This document shows positions 45,312-55,398 of a stretch of DNA of 64,000 nt, in pieces. The notes under the pieces are model-generated. The model made no database searches and was not told the origin of the DNA. It saw only the letters and a list, made by a program, of their open reading frames with translations. Position numbers and translations under genes: made by a program. The stretch is from an uncultured virus (IMG/VR IMGVR_UViG_3300025902_000021) (Duplodnaviria > Heunggongvirae > Uroviricota > Caudoviricetes). The stretch is taken from IMG/VR virus record IMGVR_UViG_3300025902_000021. The stretch is one strand, 5' to 3'. Every line of letters starts with the position of its first letter. Positions within the stretch are counted from its first letter, which is position 1.

Positions 45312-46291
45312 GCGCAGCAATCGCAGGATTGGTAATTACTGCTGGATCGAAGATTTATGATGCCAGTCAGCAGAGGAAGGCGGCAAAAGATGCCGCTAAC
45401 CAGCCGTCTGCAGGGTCTGGTGCAGAAGCAGCCAATCAACAGTCGTGGTCGGATATTGATCGGGTCAATCAGCTAAACCGCGAGAACCAACTGTGGGCGC
45501 AGCAGCAGAATGTTCAGGCCAATCAGGACGCACTGGCGCAGAACCGTGTCAATCAGTCCTCCGACTTCGGCAACCTGACGTGGAGCCAAGACCCAACGAC
45601 CGGCGCGTGGAGCCAGAGCAGCACGCTGGCTCCCGACATGCAGGCGAACCTCGACGCGCTGCGTCAGCAACAGGGTAGCGCAATCGGTGGTCTGGAGTCC
45701 GGATTCAACGTCAATAACGACGTGATGAATGCTTACAAGGCACTCAACGATCCCATGATGCAACAGTCGCGGGATCGGGAAAACGCGCGCCTTGCCGCTA
45801 TGGGGCTGAACGCCGGTAGCGGGCAGGCATGGCTGAACTCGCAGCAGGGCATCAACGACGCCCAGACCCGTAACGACCAAAACGCGATCCTGCAGGGGTT
45901 CAACGCATGGAAGGATGTCCAGTCGAACAACCGTTCCAACCTCGGGCAACTTACCACGACCGAGAGCGCATGGAAGAACAACATGGGGATGCCGAGCTAT
46001 GCGCAGATCGCTGCGCCGCAGGTGTCCGCATCGACTGTTGCACAACCCGAGAACCGTACCTACGAAGCCGCGCATGAGGACTACTTGCGCAATCAAGCCA
46101 ACTCTGTGAATCAGGCGAATGCCGCAAGTGGATGGGGCAATCTGGGAGCAAGCCTTGGACAAGCACTTCCAGGCGTAGTTAAGGCTGGTCAGCAGAATGG
46201 TTGGTGGGGTGGTGACAGCGGAAGCACCGGCAGCAACGCCACCATCGACAGTTCGGCGTTCAGCAAAGACTACGGCTACGGAGGCTGGTAA
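45308..46291 (+). CDS. Internal virion/ejection protein 1
   Basis: Homologue of 6725 (NRENQLW, VNNDVMNA). Confidence 0.7.
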   Translation: MSAAIAGLVITAGSKIYDASQQRKAAKDAANQPSAGSGAEAANQQSWSDIDRVNQLNRENQLWAQQQNVQANQDALAQNRVNQSSDFGNLTWSQDPTTGAWSQSSTLAPDMQANLDALRQQQGSAIGGLESGFNVNNDVMNAYKALNDPMMQQSRDRENARLAAMGLNAGSGQAWLNSQQGINDAQTRNDQNAILQGFNAWKDVQSNNRSNLGQLTTTESAWKNNMGMPSYAQIAAPQVSASTVAQPENRTYEAAHEDYLRNQANSVNQANAASGWGNLGASLGQALPGVVKAGQQNGWWGGDSGSTGSNATIDSSAFSKDYGYGGW

Positions 46292-47529
46292 TGGACTACT
46301 CCAACCCTACTCTCGACTTCGACCTCGAAACAGCCACGCTCATCAAGGCGTTGAAGCAGGCTGAAGGTATGCGTGACGCTCGTATGACACCGCAAGCGAC
46401 TATTGTGGGTGGTCGTGCAATGTTCGGTGGTGGACCGGGACAAACTCTTGCGTCGGGTGTGGATAACATTTCCGGCATGATCCGTGCGCCGCAGATCGAA
46501 CAGCAGCAGCGCGACCTGTCGGCGGAACAGCAACGCCGCTTTGCCGACCTGCAGCAACATTTGGTTGCGCCGGTCCCCGAAACCCGCACGGTGCTCAAGC
46601 AGGCACTGCGTCAGGGCGAGGGGCCGCTGCTCCAGCCGAACGTCGACCAGGTCGAGACTCAGGTGCCGCTGACCGAGGAAGAACGGGCGATGGCACAGCA
46701 CGCGCAGCGCATGTCGGTCGGCTCGAAGATGTTGGGTCTGCCGATGGCGCGCGGCATGGGCGAGAAGCTGATTGCCAAGGGCGTCGACTTCCCCGAGCAG
46801 ATGCAACAGTTGAAGATGAAGCAAATCGAGGCGGGCAACCTGGCAGCGCAGCGCGCACAGGACAAGGCGCGTTCCGATGCTGACCGTAACCTGCTGCTTA
46901 TGGCGATTGCCGGTGGCAAGCAGGACATTGCGCAGGCCGGACTCGATATGAAGCGCGAGGGTGTGGAAGAGAAGCAGGATGCCACGCGCCAGAAGGCAAT
47001 CGATGCCGAAAGCGGCTATCTCAAGGCAGCCGGTCATCTGGAAGGCATCATCAACGAGTTGCAGGGGACGCCGAACCTGAATGCGGCTACTGGCGCAATC
47101 GGCGGACGGTCGCCGTTCTTCTTTAGCCTGACCCCGAACGACAAGTCCACGGCACAGTCGCGCATCAAAAACCTTCAGGAATTCCTGCAAACCAAGGGTC
47201 TTGAAGACCTTCGTCGCGCGGGTGTCGCGCCTGGCTCCGTGACCGAACGGGAATGGGCGAAGTTCGCTGCCCGTGCAGGCAACATCGACCCGAACCTGGA
47301 TGACGCTTCATTCAACAAGGAAGTCGCCAAGTTGCTCGTTGATGTGAAACAGTCGATGACCGACGCACAATCACGTTTGGAAGCCCTGCCGAAACCCGGT
47401 GTCAGGGGACAATCGGGCGGCGTGGCACCGACCGGCGCACCGGCTGGCGGGCAAGGGAACATGGTGCATGACCCCGTGAGCAACAAGACCTATGTCAAGG
47501 ACGCCAACGGAAGGTGGTGGATGCAATGA
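46291..47529 (+). CDS. Internal virion/ejection protein 2
   Basis: Homologue of 7738 (P.LDF, ALRQG.G, KG..FPE). Confidence 0.7.
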   Translation: MDYSNPTLDFDLETATLIKALKQAEGMRDARMTPQATIVGGRAMFGGGPGQTLASGVDNISGMIRAPQIEQQQRDLSAEQQRRFADLQQHLVAPVPETRTVLKQALRQGEGPLLQPNVDQVETQVPLTEEERAMAQHAQRMSVGSKMLGLPMARGMGEKLIAKGVDFPEQMQQLKMKQIEAGNLAAQRAQDKARSDADRNLLLMAIAGGKQDIAQAGLDMKREGVEEKQDATRQKAIDAESGYLKAAGHLEGIINELQGTPNLNAATGAIGGRSPFFFSLTPNDKSTAQSRIKNLQEFLQTKGLEDLRRAGVAPGSVTEREWAKFAARAGNIDPNLDDASFNKEVAKLLVDVKQSMTDAQSRLEALPKPGVRGQSGGVAPTGAPAGGQGNMVHDPVSNKTYVKDANGRWWMQ

Positions 47530-49763
47530 GAGAAGTCACCGATCCTGGACTGATTGCCCGTCTTGAATCGGGCGAACTGCCGCAACATCCGATGGCGGCA
47601 TACGGTCCCGCTGTCCGTCACGTCGAGAGCCGTGGCAACCCGAATGCTGTCTCCCCTGCCGGTGCTATCGGCGCGGACCAGTTCATGCCTGCAACAGCCG
47701 CTGCGATGGGGCTGGCCGACCCGCGCGACCCCGTAATGTCGGCTGTCGCCCGTGACCTGCTGCTCGCCGAGAACTATGGTCGGTTCAAAGACCCCACCAA
47801 GGCACTACAGGCATACAACGCCGGTCCGGGTGCTGTCTCCAGTGGTCGCCCGTTGCCGAAGGAAACACAGGACTATGTGCCGAAAGTGATGGCGGCAATG
47901 GGACAACAGTCGAACCGGACGGAAGTCACCGACCCTGAAGTGATTGCCCGCCTGGAAGCGATGGGCGCACCAAAGCCGAAGGAACAGCCGAAACAGTCGC
48001 TCCCGCAAGCGAAGGCGGCAGCCACCGGCAAGTCGCTTTCCCGTCAGGCAGCGGAAGCCACGTTGAAAGACATGGGGCTGTTTGAAACGGGTGTTGTCGG
48101 CTTCGGCAAGGCAATCGCCGACCTTGGTCGCACCTTCGGTGTGTTGCCGGAAGGTGACAAGGATGCCGATGCCGCCCTGCTCGACACAGGCGCGGGTATG
48201 ACCGGCAACATCCTTGGTGAAATCGGGATAACAGCCGTCCCCGGAACAGCCGCGTTCAAGGCTGCCACCACCGCTGCGCGTCTGAACAAAGCCGTGAAGC
48301 TGGCACCCCGCATCACCAAGAACGTGGTCGGCGGCGCGGCTGCCGGTGCCACGTCCGAAGCGATGATGAACCGCGACCCTGTGACCGGCGCGACCTACGG
48401 GGCAGCCCTCGGTCCCGTGTTCATGGCAGCGGGCAAGGCGGGCAACGAACTGGTAAAGGAAGTCCAGCGCATCAGGGGCGGCGCAACAGGTCGTGCCGCC
48501 GAAGACATGCAGAAGGTGTTCGGCAACCGCACGCAGGCCGCCATCGACGCGCTTCGCAATACGCGCCCGATTGTTCCTGGTGAGCAGGTCACTGCCGGAC
48601 AGGCAGCGTCGTCGGCCCTGCCTGAACTGTCGGTACTGGAAGCCGGTGCGCGCAGCCGTCCCGACGCTCACCTCTTCACCAACGCCGACGAGGCAACAGC
48701 CAGAGCACGGACCGCTGTCCTCGACGCCATCGAAACGCCTGCTGGTGTCCGTGGCACCGACCCGAACACCGGACGCGCCTTGCCCTCCGGCTTCGAGAAT
48801 GCCCGCGCCCAGACGACTGGTCCCTACTACGACAGTGCAATGCCGGACCTGGTGACGATTCCGCGCGACTTGCAGAACGCCTTCCAGGGGTCGGGAACAG
48901 TCGGAACAGTCGTCAATAACGCGAACCGCGATTTCATCGAAGCTGTCCGGCTGGCGCGCGCCGAAGGTCGTCCGCCCCCTCCGGGTGGCCGGGCAATGCC
49001 TGGTGCGCCTTACCATCAGATGTCTGTCGATCAGCTTCAGCGGGTGTTGCGCGAGTTGGACTCGATTCCGTTCGCGCAGCGGGACTACAACGTGACCAAT
49101 GCCCGTCGTCAGATTTCACAGTTGATGCGGCGCGAGTCGCCGGACTACGCCACAGGCACCGACCTGTTCCGTGAAATGTCGATGCCGCAGAACCGTGCTG
49201 ACGTTGCCGCCGTGCTGCGCAACACGATGAACGCGCCGTCCAACGAACTCAACCAGCGTGCCGGTCTGTTCAGCGCGGCATTGCGCAACGCGCCGACGAC
49301 CATCAAGAAGACCGGCATCTCGCAGCCGTTCCAGAAAATTGAGGAGGTGTTCGCACCGACCATGATGGAGCCGACTGTCGGACCGCAACAGTTGCAGAGC
49401 ATCCGCAACCTGGAACAGTCGCTGCAGCGCGAGTCCCGTGTCGCCGGATTGCCGAAGGAGAAAGGGGTCATTCCCCAGTATCTCAGTGCCTTCGACCTCG
49501 CCGCCCAGAACACGCCGAACTTCATGGTTCGTTGGGCCACGGCAGCCAAGAGCATTGCGAAGACAGCCGGAAAGCGCACCGATGAGGATGTGCAGAAGGT
49601 CATCGACCGCGCGATGGCTGACCCGCAGGCGATGGCGAACCTGCTCGACCAGTTGCCGCCCACGGAACGGAACGCTTTCATCAATGCATTGAGGCAACAG
49701 TCAGGTGAAATTACTGGCAGAATAACCGCACCGGCAACCGGAATTCTTGAGAAAACGGAGTAA
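47526..49763 (+). CDS. Ejection protein 3 with N-terminal lytic transglycosylase (SLT) domain
   Basis: VESRGNPNAVSPAGAIG..QFMPATA; AYNAGPG; ETQDYVPKV. Confidence 0.85.
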   Translation: MREVTDPGLIARLESGELPQHPMAAYGPAVRHVESRGNPNAVSPAGAIGADQFMPATAAAMGLADPRDPVMSAVARDLLLAENYGRFKDPTKALQAYNAGPGAVSSGRPLPKETQDYVPKVMAAMGQQSNRTEVTDPEVIARLEAMGAPKPKEQPKQSLPQAKAAATGKSLSRQAAEATLKDMGLFETGVVGFGKAIADLGRTFGVLPEGDKDADAALLDTGAGMTGNILGEIGITAVPGTAAFKAATTAARLNKAVKLAPRITKNVVGGAAAGATSEAMMNRDPVTGATYGAALGPVFMAAGKAGNELVKEVQRIRGGATGRAAEDMQKVFGNRTQAAIDALRNTRPIVPGEQVTAGQAASSALPELSVLEAGARSRPDAHLFTNADEATARARTAVLDAIETPAGVRGTDPNTGRALPSGFENARAQTTGPYYDSAMPDLVTIPRDLQNAFQGSGTVGTVVNNANRDFIEAVRLARAEGRPPPPGGRAMPGAPYHQMSVDQLQRVLRELDSIPFAQRDYNVTNARRQISQLMRRESPDYATGTDLFREMSMPQNRADVAAVLRNTMNAPSNELNQRAGLFSAALRNAPTTIKKTGISQPFQKIEEVFAPTMMEPTVGPQQLQSIRNLEQSLQRESRVAGLPKEKGVIPQYLSAFDLAAQNTPNFMVRWATAAKSIAKTAGKRTDEDVQKVIDRAMADPQAMANLLDQLPPTERNAFINALRQQSGEITGRITAPATGILEKTE

Positions 49764-49766
49764 GCA

Positions 49767-51725
49767 ATGCCACGTAACGCACAAGGACTCTACACCCTTC
49801 CGGCAGGGAACCCTGTCACCCCAGGCACCATCATCGAATCGGTCTGGGCGAACGACACGATGAGCGACCTTGCGGATGCGATGACCGGCTCGCTCCCCCG
49901 CAACGGTTCCGCGCCCATGACCGGCCCGCTGACCCTGAACGGTGCTGCGCCGACCAACGCCCGCCACGCTGTCGATAAATCCTACGTGGACAAGTTCATG
50001 GCATACTCGTCGGGGATGCCTGTCGGGTCGGTCAGTGCCTTCGGTGGAACAGTCGCTCCTGCGGGATGGTTGAAGTGTGATGGGCAGGCAGTCAGCCGTG
50101 CGCTTTATCCCGATCTCTTCACCCTGATCGGCACGACCTACGGCTCCGGCGACGGCAGTACGACCTTCAACGTGCCTGACCTCCGCGACGAGTTCATCCG
50201 TGGTCGTGCCGACTCTCGGGCGATCGGTAGCAAGCAAGCAGGCTCGTTTGCTACCCACACCCATCCGGTAAATGATCCGGGTCACACGCACACCCAGTCT
50301 GCCCACAGTCACACGATTACCACCGGAAGCCACGGGCACACCGTCAATGACCCTGGTCACACGCATTCTCAAAACGTATCCGGAAATACCGGCGAGGGGT
50401 TCGCCTGGGGGATCGGTAATCTCGCAAACGGGAACACCGGGTCTTCCGGTACAGGAATCAGCATCAATGGCGCAGGAAATCTCGGTGGCAGCGCAGACAG
50501 CCAACAGCCGGCAATCGCTTCGGCTGTTACCGGAGAAACGATCGGTGCGACAGGTGGCGCGGAAACTGTTCCACAGAACATGGCATTGGACTACTATATC
50601 AAGGCAGTCCATGACTCGGGAGGTATTGCGCCCGTCACCGGCATCGACACGTCCGACACCAACATGATTGCGATCGACAACACCAACCCGGTCGTGCCGT
50701 TGCTGGACATCAAGAGTAATGTTGCCTTCGGTGTGGTGAAACTGGACAGTTCTGGTCAGATTCCCGTCAATCTGATGCCGACCACAGGTGTCACGTATCA
50801 GGGGCAGTTTGACGCTTCCAGCGGGAACCTGCCGGTAGGTCCGTTCGTCACGGGCGACTTCTACAACATCGCTGTCGGCGGCACCCTCTCGCTTCGCACG
50901 TCGGCTGGCGGGCCTGTCCCTACCATTGTGGTAGCTGGCGACCAGATCATCTACGACGAAACGATTTCTGGTTGGTGGTACAACGCGGCCTCTGCTGTGG
51001 CGTCGATGCCTGCCGCCGCCGTCACGTTTGTGCCGCACGGCACCATCGCTGCAACCAACGCCCAAGCGGCAATCGAGGAACTGGACAGTGAGACTCAAAC
51101 GGCTTTGTCGGGGAAAGCGCCGACCAGTGCTGGAACTGCAGTCGGCACATCGTTCAACCCAACTGGGACTATCTCGTCAACAGATGTACAGTTTGCGATT
51201 GCAGAACTGGACAGTGAAACGCAAACTGCGTTGTCCGGCAAAGCGCCGACCAGTGCCGGAACTGCTACAGGGACCAGTTTCACCCCGACAGGTGGGATTG
51301 CTGCGTCCGATGTGCAAGCGGCGATTGCAGAGGTCGATACAGAGAAAGCTCCCAAAGCATCCCCTACGTTCACTGGAAATGCTGCGGTATTTTCCGCCGG
51401 TATTTTCGGATTTTCCTATGGCTCTGGTTCATCCGGTTGGTATATTAAGTTCCCATCATGGTTGGGTGGATACTGCGTCCAAGGTGGTGAAGTTGTTTTG
51501 ACCAGCAATGCAAGCGGAGATAGCAATTTTAGTCTTCCGACCGCAATGTCAGCCTCCTCATTTTCCATCGTGTTGACAAATGGGGATGCCGCGCAAGGAT
51601 CGGACATTTTGCTGTCTATAATCAGTAAAACAACGACTGTTATCAATGTGCGTTCTCGCCAGAATGGTGTGGCGTATGTTGGCGCTTTCCGCTGCAACTA
51701 TTTCGTTTTCGGACCCGCAGCATGA
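49767..51725 (+). CDS. Tail fibre with tail-collar domain
   Basis: Homologue of 10784; collar motif; HxH repeats; ~42-aa internal repeats. Confidence 0.9.
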   Translation: MPRNAQGLYTLPAGNPVTPGTIIESVWANDTMSDLADAMTGSLPRNGSAPMTGPLTLNGAAPTNARHAVDKSYVDKFMAYSSGMPVGSVSAFGGTVAPAGWLKCDGQAVSRALYPDLFTLIGTTYGSGDGSTTFNVPDLRDEFIRGRADSRAIGSKQAGSFATHTHPVNDPGHTHTQSAHSHTITTGSHGHTVNDPGHTHSQNVSGNTGEGFAWGIGNLANGNTGSSGTGISINGAGNLGGSADSQQPAIASAVTGETIGATGGAETVPQNMALDYYIKAVHDSGGIAPVTGIDTSDTNMIAIDNTNPVVPLLDIKSNVAFGVVKLDSSGQIPVNLMPTTGVTYQGQFDASSGNLPVGPFVTGDFYNIAVGGTLSLRTSAGGPVPTIVVAGDQIIYDETISGWWYNAASAVASMPAAAVTFVPHGTIAATNAQAAIEELDSETQTALSGKAPTSAGTAVGTSFNPTGTISSTDVQFAIAELDSETQTALSGKAPTSAGTATGTSFTPTGGIAASDVQAAIAEVDTEKAPKASPTFTGNAAVFSAGIFGFSYGSGSSGWYIKFPSWLGGYCVQGGEVVLTSNASGDSNFSLPTAMSASSFSIVLTNGDAAQGSDILLSIISKTTTVINVRSRQNGVAYVGAFRCNYFVFGPAA

Positions 51726-51907
51726 TCCGCTACCTACTTCCACTCATCCTCGCCGGCTGCTCCACTCCCAGTGCAAGTCAGTGGTGTATCGGTTCATGTG
51801 TTTTAACCCACCCTCTAAAGGAGAATCAAGATGAAGTTCCTCGTCCTGATCGCAGCGCTGATCGCCCTGCCAGCAATGGCGCAGACCAAACCCGCAACCC
51901 ATCCTGA
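51722..51907 (+). CDS. Small lipoprotein
   Basis: LILAGC lipobox; QWCIGSCV. Confidence 0.7.
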   Translation: MIRYLLPLILAGCSTPSASQWCIGSCVLTHPLKENQDEVPRPDRSADRPASNGADQTRNPS

Positions 51908-52100
51908 AGCAGCCAACACTGTCTCTGCTCTTGCCCTCGGATGGTTCGTCCTCCCCGCAGCAATCCTCACCGGCAAGCGTGAAGGCCTGTGCAAGCTGAT
52001 GGGCGGCAAGTTCGACCTCTCTGCTCCTGACCAGTGTGCTGGCGGTCAGTGGCTCAACGTAGCACTCTTCCTCAAATCCAATCAGGAGCAACCCAAGTGA
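51831..52100 (+). CDS. Small secreted/membrane protein
   Basis: AAGGAG RBS; signal peptide ending AMA; two Cys; absent from unit A. Confidence 0.65.
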   Translation: MKFLVLIAALIALPAMAQTKPATHPEAANTVSALALGWFVLPAAILTGKREGLCKLMGGKFDLSAPDQCAGGQWLNVALFLKSNQEQPK

Positions 52101-52612
52101 AAGTCCTCTTCCTCATCCTCGCCCTGTTCGCCAGCAACGCCTTCGCCCTCGGGTGGGGTAACGACAATCCATCGGGCGGCAACGCCAGCGCCAACGCGTT
52201 CCAGGCGACCAGTGTCGATGTGTCCAACCGGATCAGCAACGACACCCGCGCTGCGGCTACCTCGTTCGCTGCCGGTGGCATCGGCGTGAGTCAAGGCGGC
52301 GCTGCATCTTCTGGAGGATCCACCAGCAATGTCGACTTTAACATCACGTCCCCCAAGAACACGCCGTCAGTCTTCACCGGCAACGTCTACCCTACCGCCC
52401 CATGCATGGGTTCTTCCACCGTGGGGGGTGCAGGCGTTGGCTTTGGCCTATCGGTCGGCACATCGTGGACTGACGACGAGTGCGGCATCCGCGAAACCAG
52501 CCGCAGCTTCTCCGGCCTCGGCAAAGCCGACGACGCCCTGAAGGTGCTCTGCACCAGCAAGTACGCCGCTGCCGCGCCGAGTTGCGTTCAGGCAGCAACC
52601 ACCAAGGAGTAA
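52097..52612 (+). CDS. Secreted four-Cys protein
   Basis: GTG start; homologue of 12947-13468. Confidence 0.75.
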   Translation: MKVLFLILALFASNAFALGWGNDNPSGGNASANAFQATSVDVSNRISNDTRAAATSFAAGGIGVSQGGAASSGGSTSNVDFNITSPKNTPSVFTGNVYPTAPCMGSSTVGGAGVGFGLSVGTSWTDDECGIRETSRSFSGLGKADDALKVLCTSKYAAAAPSCVQAATTKE

Positions 52613-52615
52613 ACC

Positions 52616-52822
52616 ATGGACCAGAACGACCCGCGCTTCATCGAATTCCTGCTGCAAGCTCTGCGGCAGGGGACGATGCAACCCGACCCGCCGATGCGTC
52701 GGCAGGATGGGACCGGCCCGAATGGTCAGACTATGCTACCCCAAGGCGGGATGTTGGGAGGTGCGGGGGCCGCGCTGCAGGGGCGTCAGGCACAACTGGA
52801 CGCGCTTCTGAATCAACAGTAG
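52616..52822 (+). CDS. Small Gln/Gly-rich protein
   Basis: Homologue of 13472. Confidence 0.7.
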   Translation: MDQNDPRFIEFLLQALRQGTMQPDPPMRRQDGTGPNGQTMLPQGGMLGGAGAALQGRQAQLDALLNQQ

Positions 52823-52922
52823 CCGGGAGGGGACAGACGCGGGCAATCCCGTCGTCCCACCCCTGTCCGTAGCTGGCGAACATGGCGACGAGCACCAGCG
52901 CGGATAGGGCGAAGACGTTCAT
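52731..52922 (-). CDS. Small membrane/secreted protein
   Basis: Homologue of 13593-13784. Confidence 0.5.
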   Translation of the reverse strand: MNVFALSALVLVAMFASYGQGWDDGIARVCPLPATVDSEARPVVPDAPAARPPHLPTSRLGVA

Positions 52923-53383
52923 TTCGGCTCCCATGCGCGGTAGAGTGGTGTTGTCAAGAAGTTCCATACTTTTGACTTGGAAACAATAAGTTCTCCGACG
53001 CCACTTGTTCCGCACCACCCGACAGGCTCCGCATGGCACAGGATCACGTCCTTCAGGTCATCGGTGGCGGCGAGTGCCGTCTCTTTGAGAATCCACGCAT
53101 CGTCGTTATCTGTACCTTGCTCGGCAAGTGCTTCCCGTAGCATCACAACTTGCTTCTTGCTGTCGGCAAGTTGTTCTGATAATTCATCCGCCGTGTCCCA
53201 ACCATTAGAGCAGTGATCATTTAGCCAGTCTATGTGAGATGTTTTATCGGCAACGCTGGCCAGTGCTCCGGAGAGTTGCTGGCGCAGGGATTCGATTAGT
53301 ATCCCGGCAGAGGCAAGGTCTGAATCATATCCATCAAACGAAGCATTTGGCCCGTAGTGGTTCTGGCTATGATCGCGGCTCAT
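52919..53383 (-). CDS. Accessory mosaic protein
   Basis: SLRQQL, EPVGW, TPLY motifs. Confidence 0.6.
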   Translation of the reverse strand: MSRDHSQNHYGPNASFDGYDSDLASAGILIESLRQQLSGALASVADKTSHIDWLNDHCSNGWDTADELSEQLADSKKQVVMLREALAEQGTDNDDAWILKETALAATDDLKDVILCHAEPVGWCGTSGVGELIVSKSKVWNFLTTPLYRAWEPK

Positions 53384-53880
53384 TCTACTTTCTCCTTTAA
53401 CTCTGTAGATAACATCCTCCGTGCGTCCTCCGCATGTCGCTCAAAATCCGAATGTCGTGTCGAGTACAGGGCGTCTTTCTTTTTTGCAAATGCCTCGTGA
53501 ATCGAACCACACACCTCCCACGCAATCGCTGCCTCTTTCCACCCAGATTGCTCGCTCTCACGCAACTTCATTAAATCCTCAGCGCAGCATTTGTGCTCTT
53601 CTGTTTTAATGCGTAGCGCAATTTCCAACCTCATAATTTCAACGGCGAGTTTCTGGCGCAGGGATTCGACCGGTTCGTCACACGCCTCCAACCCCGTTAC
53701 TAGGTCGTCGTTCCGCTTTCGCAGGGTTTCGACGAGATCGGCGCGGATGTAAGCCACGTCGTTCTCGTTGATCTGATCCTTGCACCAAGTGCAGTCGTCT
53801 TCCAAGTCGTACTGCTCGGGGTCACAGCTTTCCCCGTCAGGATCGACTTGGAGATAAATTTTCTCATGTGCCTTGTGCAT
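53380..53880 (-). CDS. Accessory mosaic protein
   Basis: KIYLQ..TWC.D.I...DV.YIRADL module, then SLRQKL hinge; TGATG coupling. Confidence 0.6.
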   Translation of the reverse strand: MHKAHEKIYLQVDPDGESCDPEQYDLEDDCTWCKDQINENDVAYIRADLVETLRKRNDDLVTGLEACDEPVESLRQKLAVEIMRLEIALRIKTEEHKCCAEDLMKLRESEQSGWKEAAIAWEVCGSIHEAFAKKKDALYSTRHSDFERHAEDARRMLSTELKEKVE

Positions 53881-54158
53881 CACAGCACCCCCGTCCACCA
53901 AGCAACAAGAGCCGCGCCGATCACGAACCACACCGCAGCTTCCTTCTTGCTCATCTTCGGGTAGCTGTTCTCCGGCACCGACAGCGGAATGCGCGGGTTC
54001 GGATCGCGATCCACCGTGCGGCTGAAGGGGATCACCGTGCCGACCTTCTGGTGGATTTGCGGGGTCAGGCGCGACGGCATGTTGCCCCAGTCGCGTTCGA
54101 TCTTGGCTTTCCGCCATTCACCATAGGCTTGATCTTCGTCTTTCATTTCACTCTCCAT
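53880..54158 (-). CDS. Small protein with C-terminal TM helix
   Basis: Homologue of 15219-15458. Confidence 0.65.
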   Translation of the reverse strand: MESEMKDEDQAYGEWRKAKIERDWGNMPSRLTPQIHQKVGTVIPFSRTVDRDPNPRIPLSVPENSYPKMSKKEAAVWFVIGAALVAWWTGVL

Positions 54159-54468
54159 CGACGCTTACGCGCCATTCCCAACCTGTGTGATGGTTGTAGG
54201 GTTTGCCGCCGAGTGGGCGACGTTCAAGGATGCCAAGTTGCAGGTAGCGCACCAACTGTTTGAAAATCGACATGCGGTGCATCCCGAGCCGGTCGGCAAT
54301 CTCGACGGTCTTGCGCCACTCGCTGCCGATGGCGTTGCAGTATTTGGCGACCGCTTTCGAGTGGCGCGCCTCATGCATCGGGGTCGGGTCGCGCCACTGA
54401 CTGTTCTTCTCGCGCGGGTGCACCGGCAACGGCTTCACGTCCATCGCAAGCATTGCTGCGAAGTTCAT
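54148..54468 (-). CDS. Winged-helix DNA-binding protein
   Basis: Close homologue of 13781-14086. Confidence 0.7.
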   Translation of the reverse strand: MNFAAMLAMDVKPLPVHPREKNSQWRDPTPMHEARHSKAVAKYCNAIGSEWRKTVEIADRLGMHRMSIFKQLVRYLQLGILERRPLGGKPYNHHTGWEWRVSVDGE

Positions 54469-54764
54469 CAGTGCACCCTTGCCTTATCGACTGTTTCGGC
54501 GGGAGCCTCTTCCTTCTCCGTCCGCTTCGTCATCGCTTGCAGGGCGATCATCGCGGCCATTTCGGCCATTTCGGCGACCAACATAACCGGATCGTCGGGG
54601 AGGGAATCACCCTTCAGGTCGCCATGCTTCATGCGGATCATGTTCGCCGCCAGCGAGATCATCGTGCTGATCGCGATTTCCTGCGGCATCGCGATCAGCA
54701 TTTCGGCTGCGTCTTTACTGATTCCAATCTTTCCTACTTCTCTGGTAATCATTTCGGCCTCCAA
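54468..54764 (-). CDS. Hypothetical protein
   Basis: Coupled ORF in operon. Confidence 0.55.
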   Translation of the reverse strand: MEAEMITREVGKIGISKDAAEMLIAMPQEIAISTMISLAANMIRMKHGDLKGDSLPDDPVMLVAEMAEMAAMIALQAMTKRTEKEEAPAETVDKARVH

Positions 54765-54931
54765 CCATATTTGACCTCAAGCAGCATCAGTACCGGCTTC
54801 GGCATGGCGCGGCCATTCTCGTAGCGGCTGCCACCCGACTGCGTGGTGCCGAGGGACGACCAGAACTCGGTCTGGTTCAGCTTGAGCGACTTGCGAAACT
54901 CCAGGACTGTTTTCGGCTTGCTCATTTTCAT
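54749..54931 (-). CDS. XRE-family HTH regulator
   Basis: LKLNQTEFWSSLGTTQSGGSRYENGRAMPKPV. Confidence 0.85.
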   Translation of the reverse strand: MKMSKPKTVLEFRKSLKLNQTEFWSSLGTTQSGGSRYENGRAMPKPVLMLLEVKYGWRPK

Positions 54932-55134
54932 ACTCCTTTTGACCAGCGTTTAAGAATGCTTCGGTTGTTCTTCCCTGCGTGCTGGCTGTCGCTGGCCGAC
55001 ACCGACACGACGAGAATCTTCTTGCCAGCCGGTGTGTCGAGGAACAGCTTGTAGTGCTTCACCTTCTCGACACGTTCCAGCTTGATGTTCGGGAAGGACG
55101 CAACCAGCTTGAGCATTTCACGTTCGATTTTCAC
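54928..55134 (-). CDS. Small basic protein (HicA-like fold possible)
   Basis: KHYKL....G..ILVVS.SASD motif. Confidence 0.5.
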   Translation of the reverse strand: MKIEREMLKLVASFPNIKLERVEKVKHYKLFLDTPAGKKILVVSVSASDSQHAGKNNRSILKRWSKGV

Positions 55135-55331
55135 AGCAAGGCTCCCCCTTCAATCAACAGTTGGCGTTCGCGCTTCGCCCGCAGCTTGGTGTAACGCTGG
55201 TGCAGGCGACCAATGACGTTCTTGCGCTTGTAGGTGCTGACCTCGAAGTTGATGCTTTCACGAAGGCTTTCTTCGTCCATTTCACCGACCTGCGCAATGA
55301 GTTGCTTCCAGCTTTCAAATACGACAATCAT
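55131..55331 (-). CDS. Small helical hypothetical protein
   Basis: AGGAG RBS; IGRLHQRY.KLR..RER. Confidence 0.6.
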   Translation of the reverse strand: MIVVFESWKQLIAQVGEMDEESLRESINFEVSTYKRKNVIGRLHQRYTKLRAKRERQLLIEGGALL

Positions 55332-55364
55332 GGTTTCTCCTATTTGTATGGGGTACGTGTCTGT

Positions 55365-55393
55365 ACTATACCCCACGAATATTCAGAACGCAA
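55365..55393 (-). promoter_or_regulatory. Putative sigma70 promoter after helicase
   Basis: Minus strand TTGCGT-N17-TATAGT. Confidence 0.6.
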
Positions 55394-55398
55394 CACTT

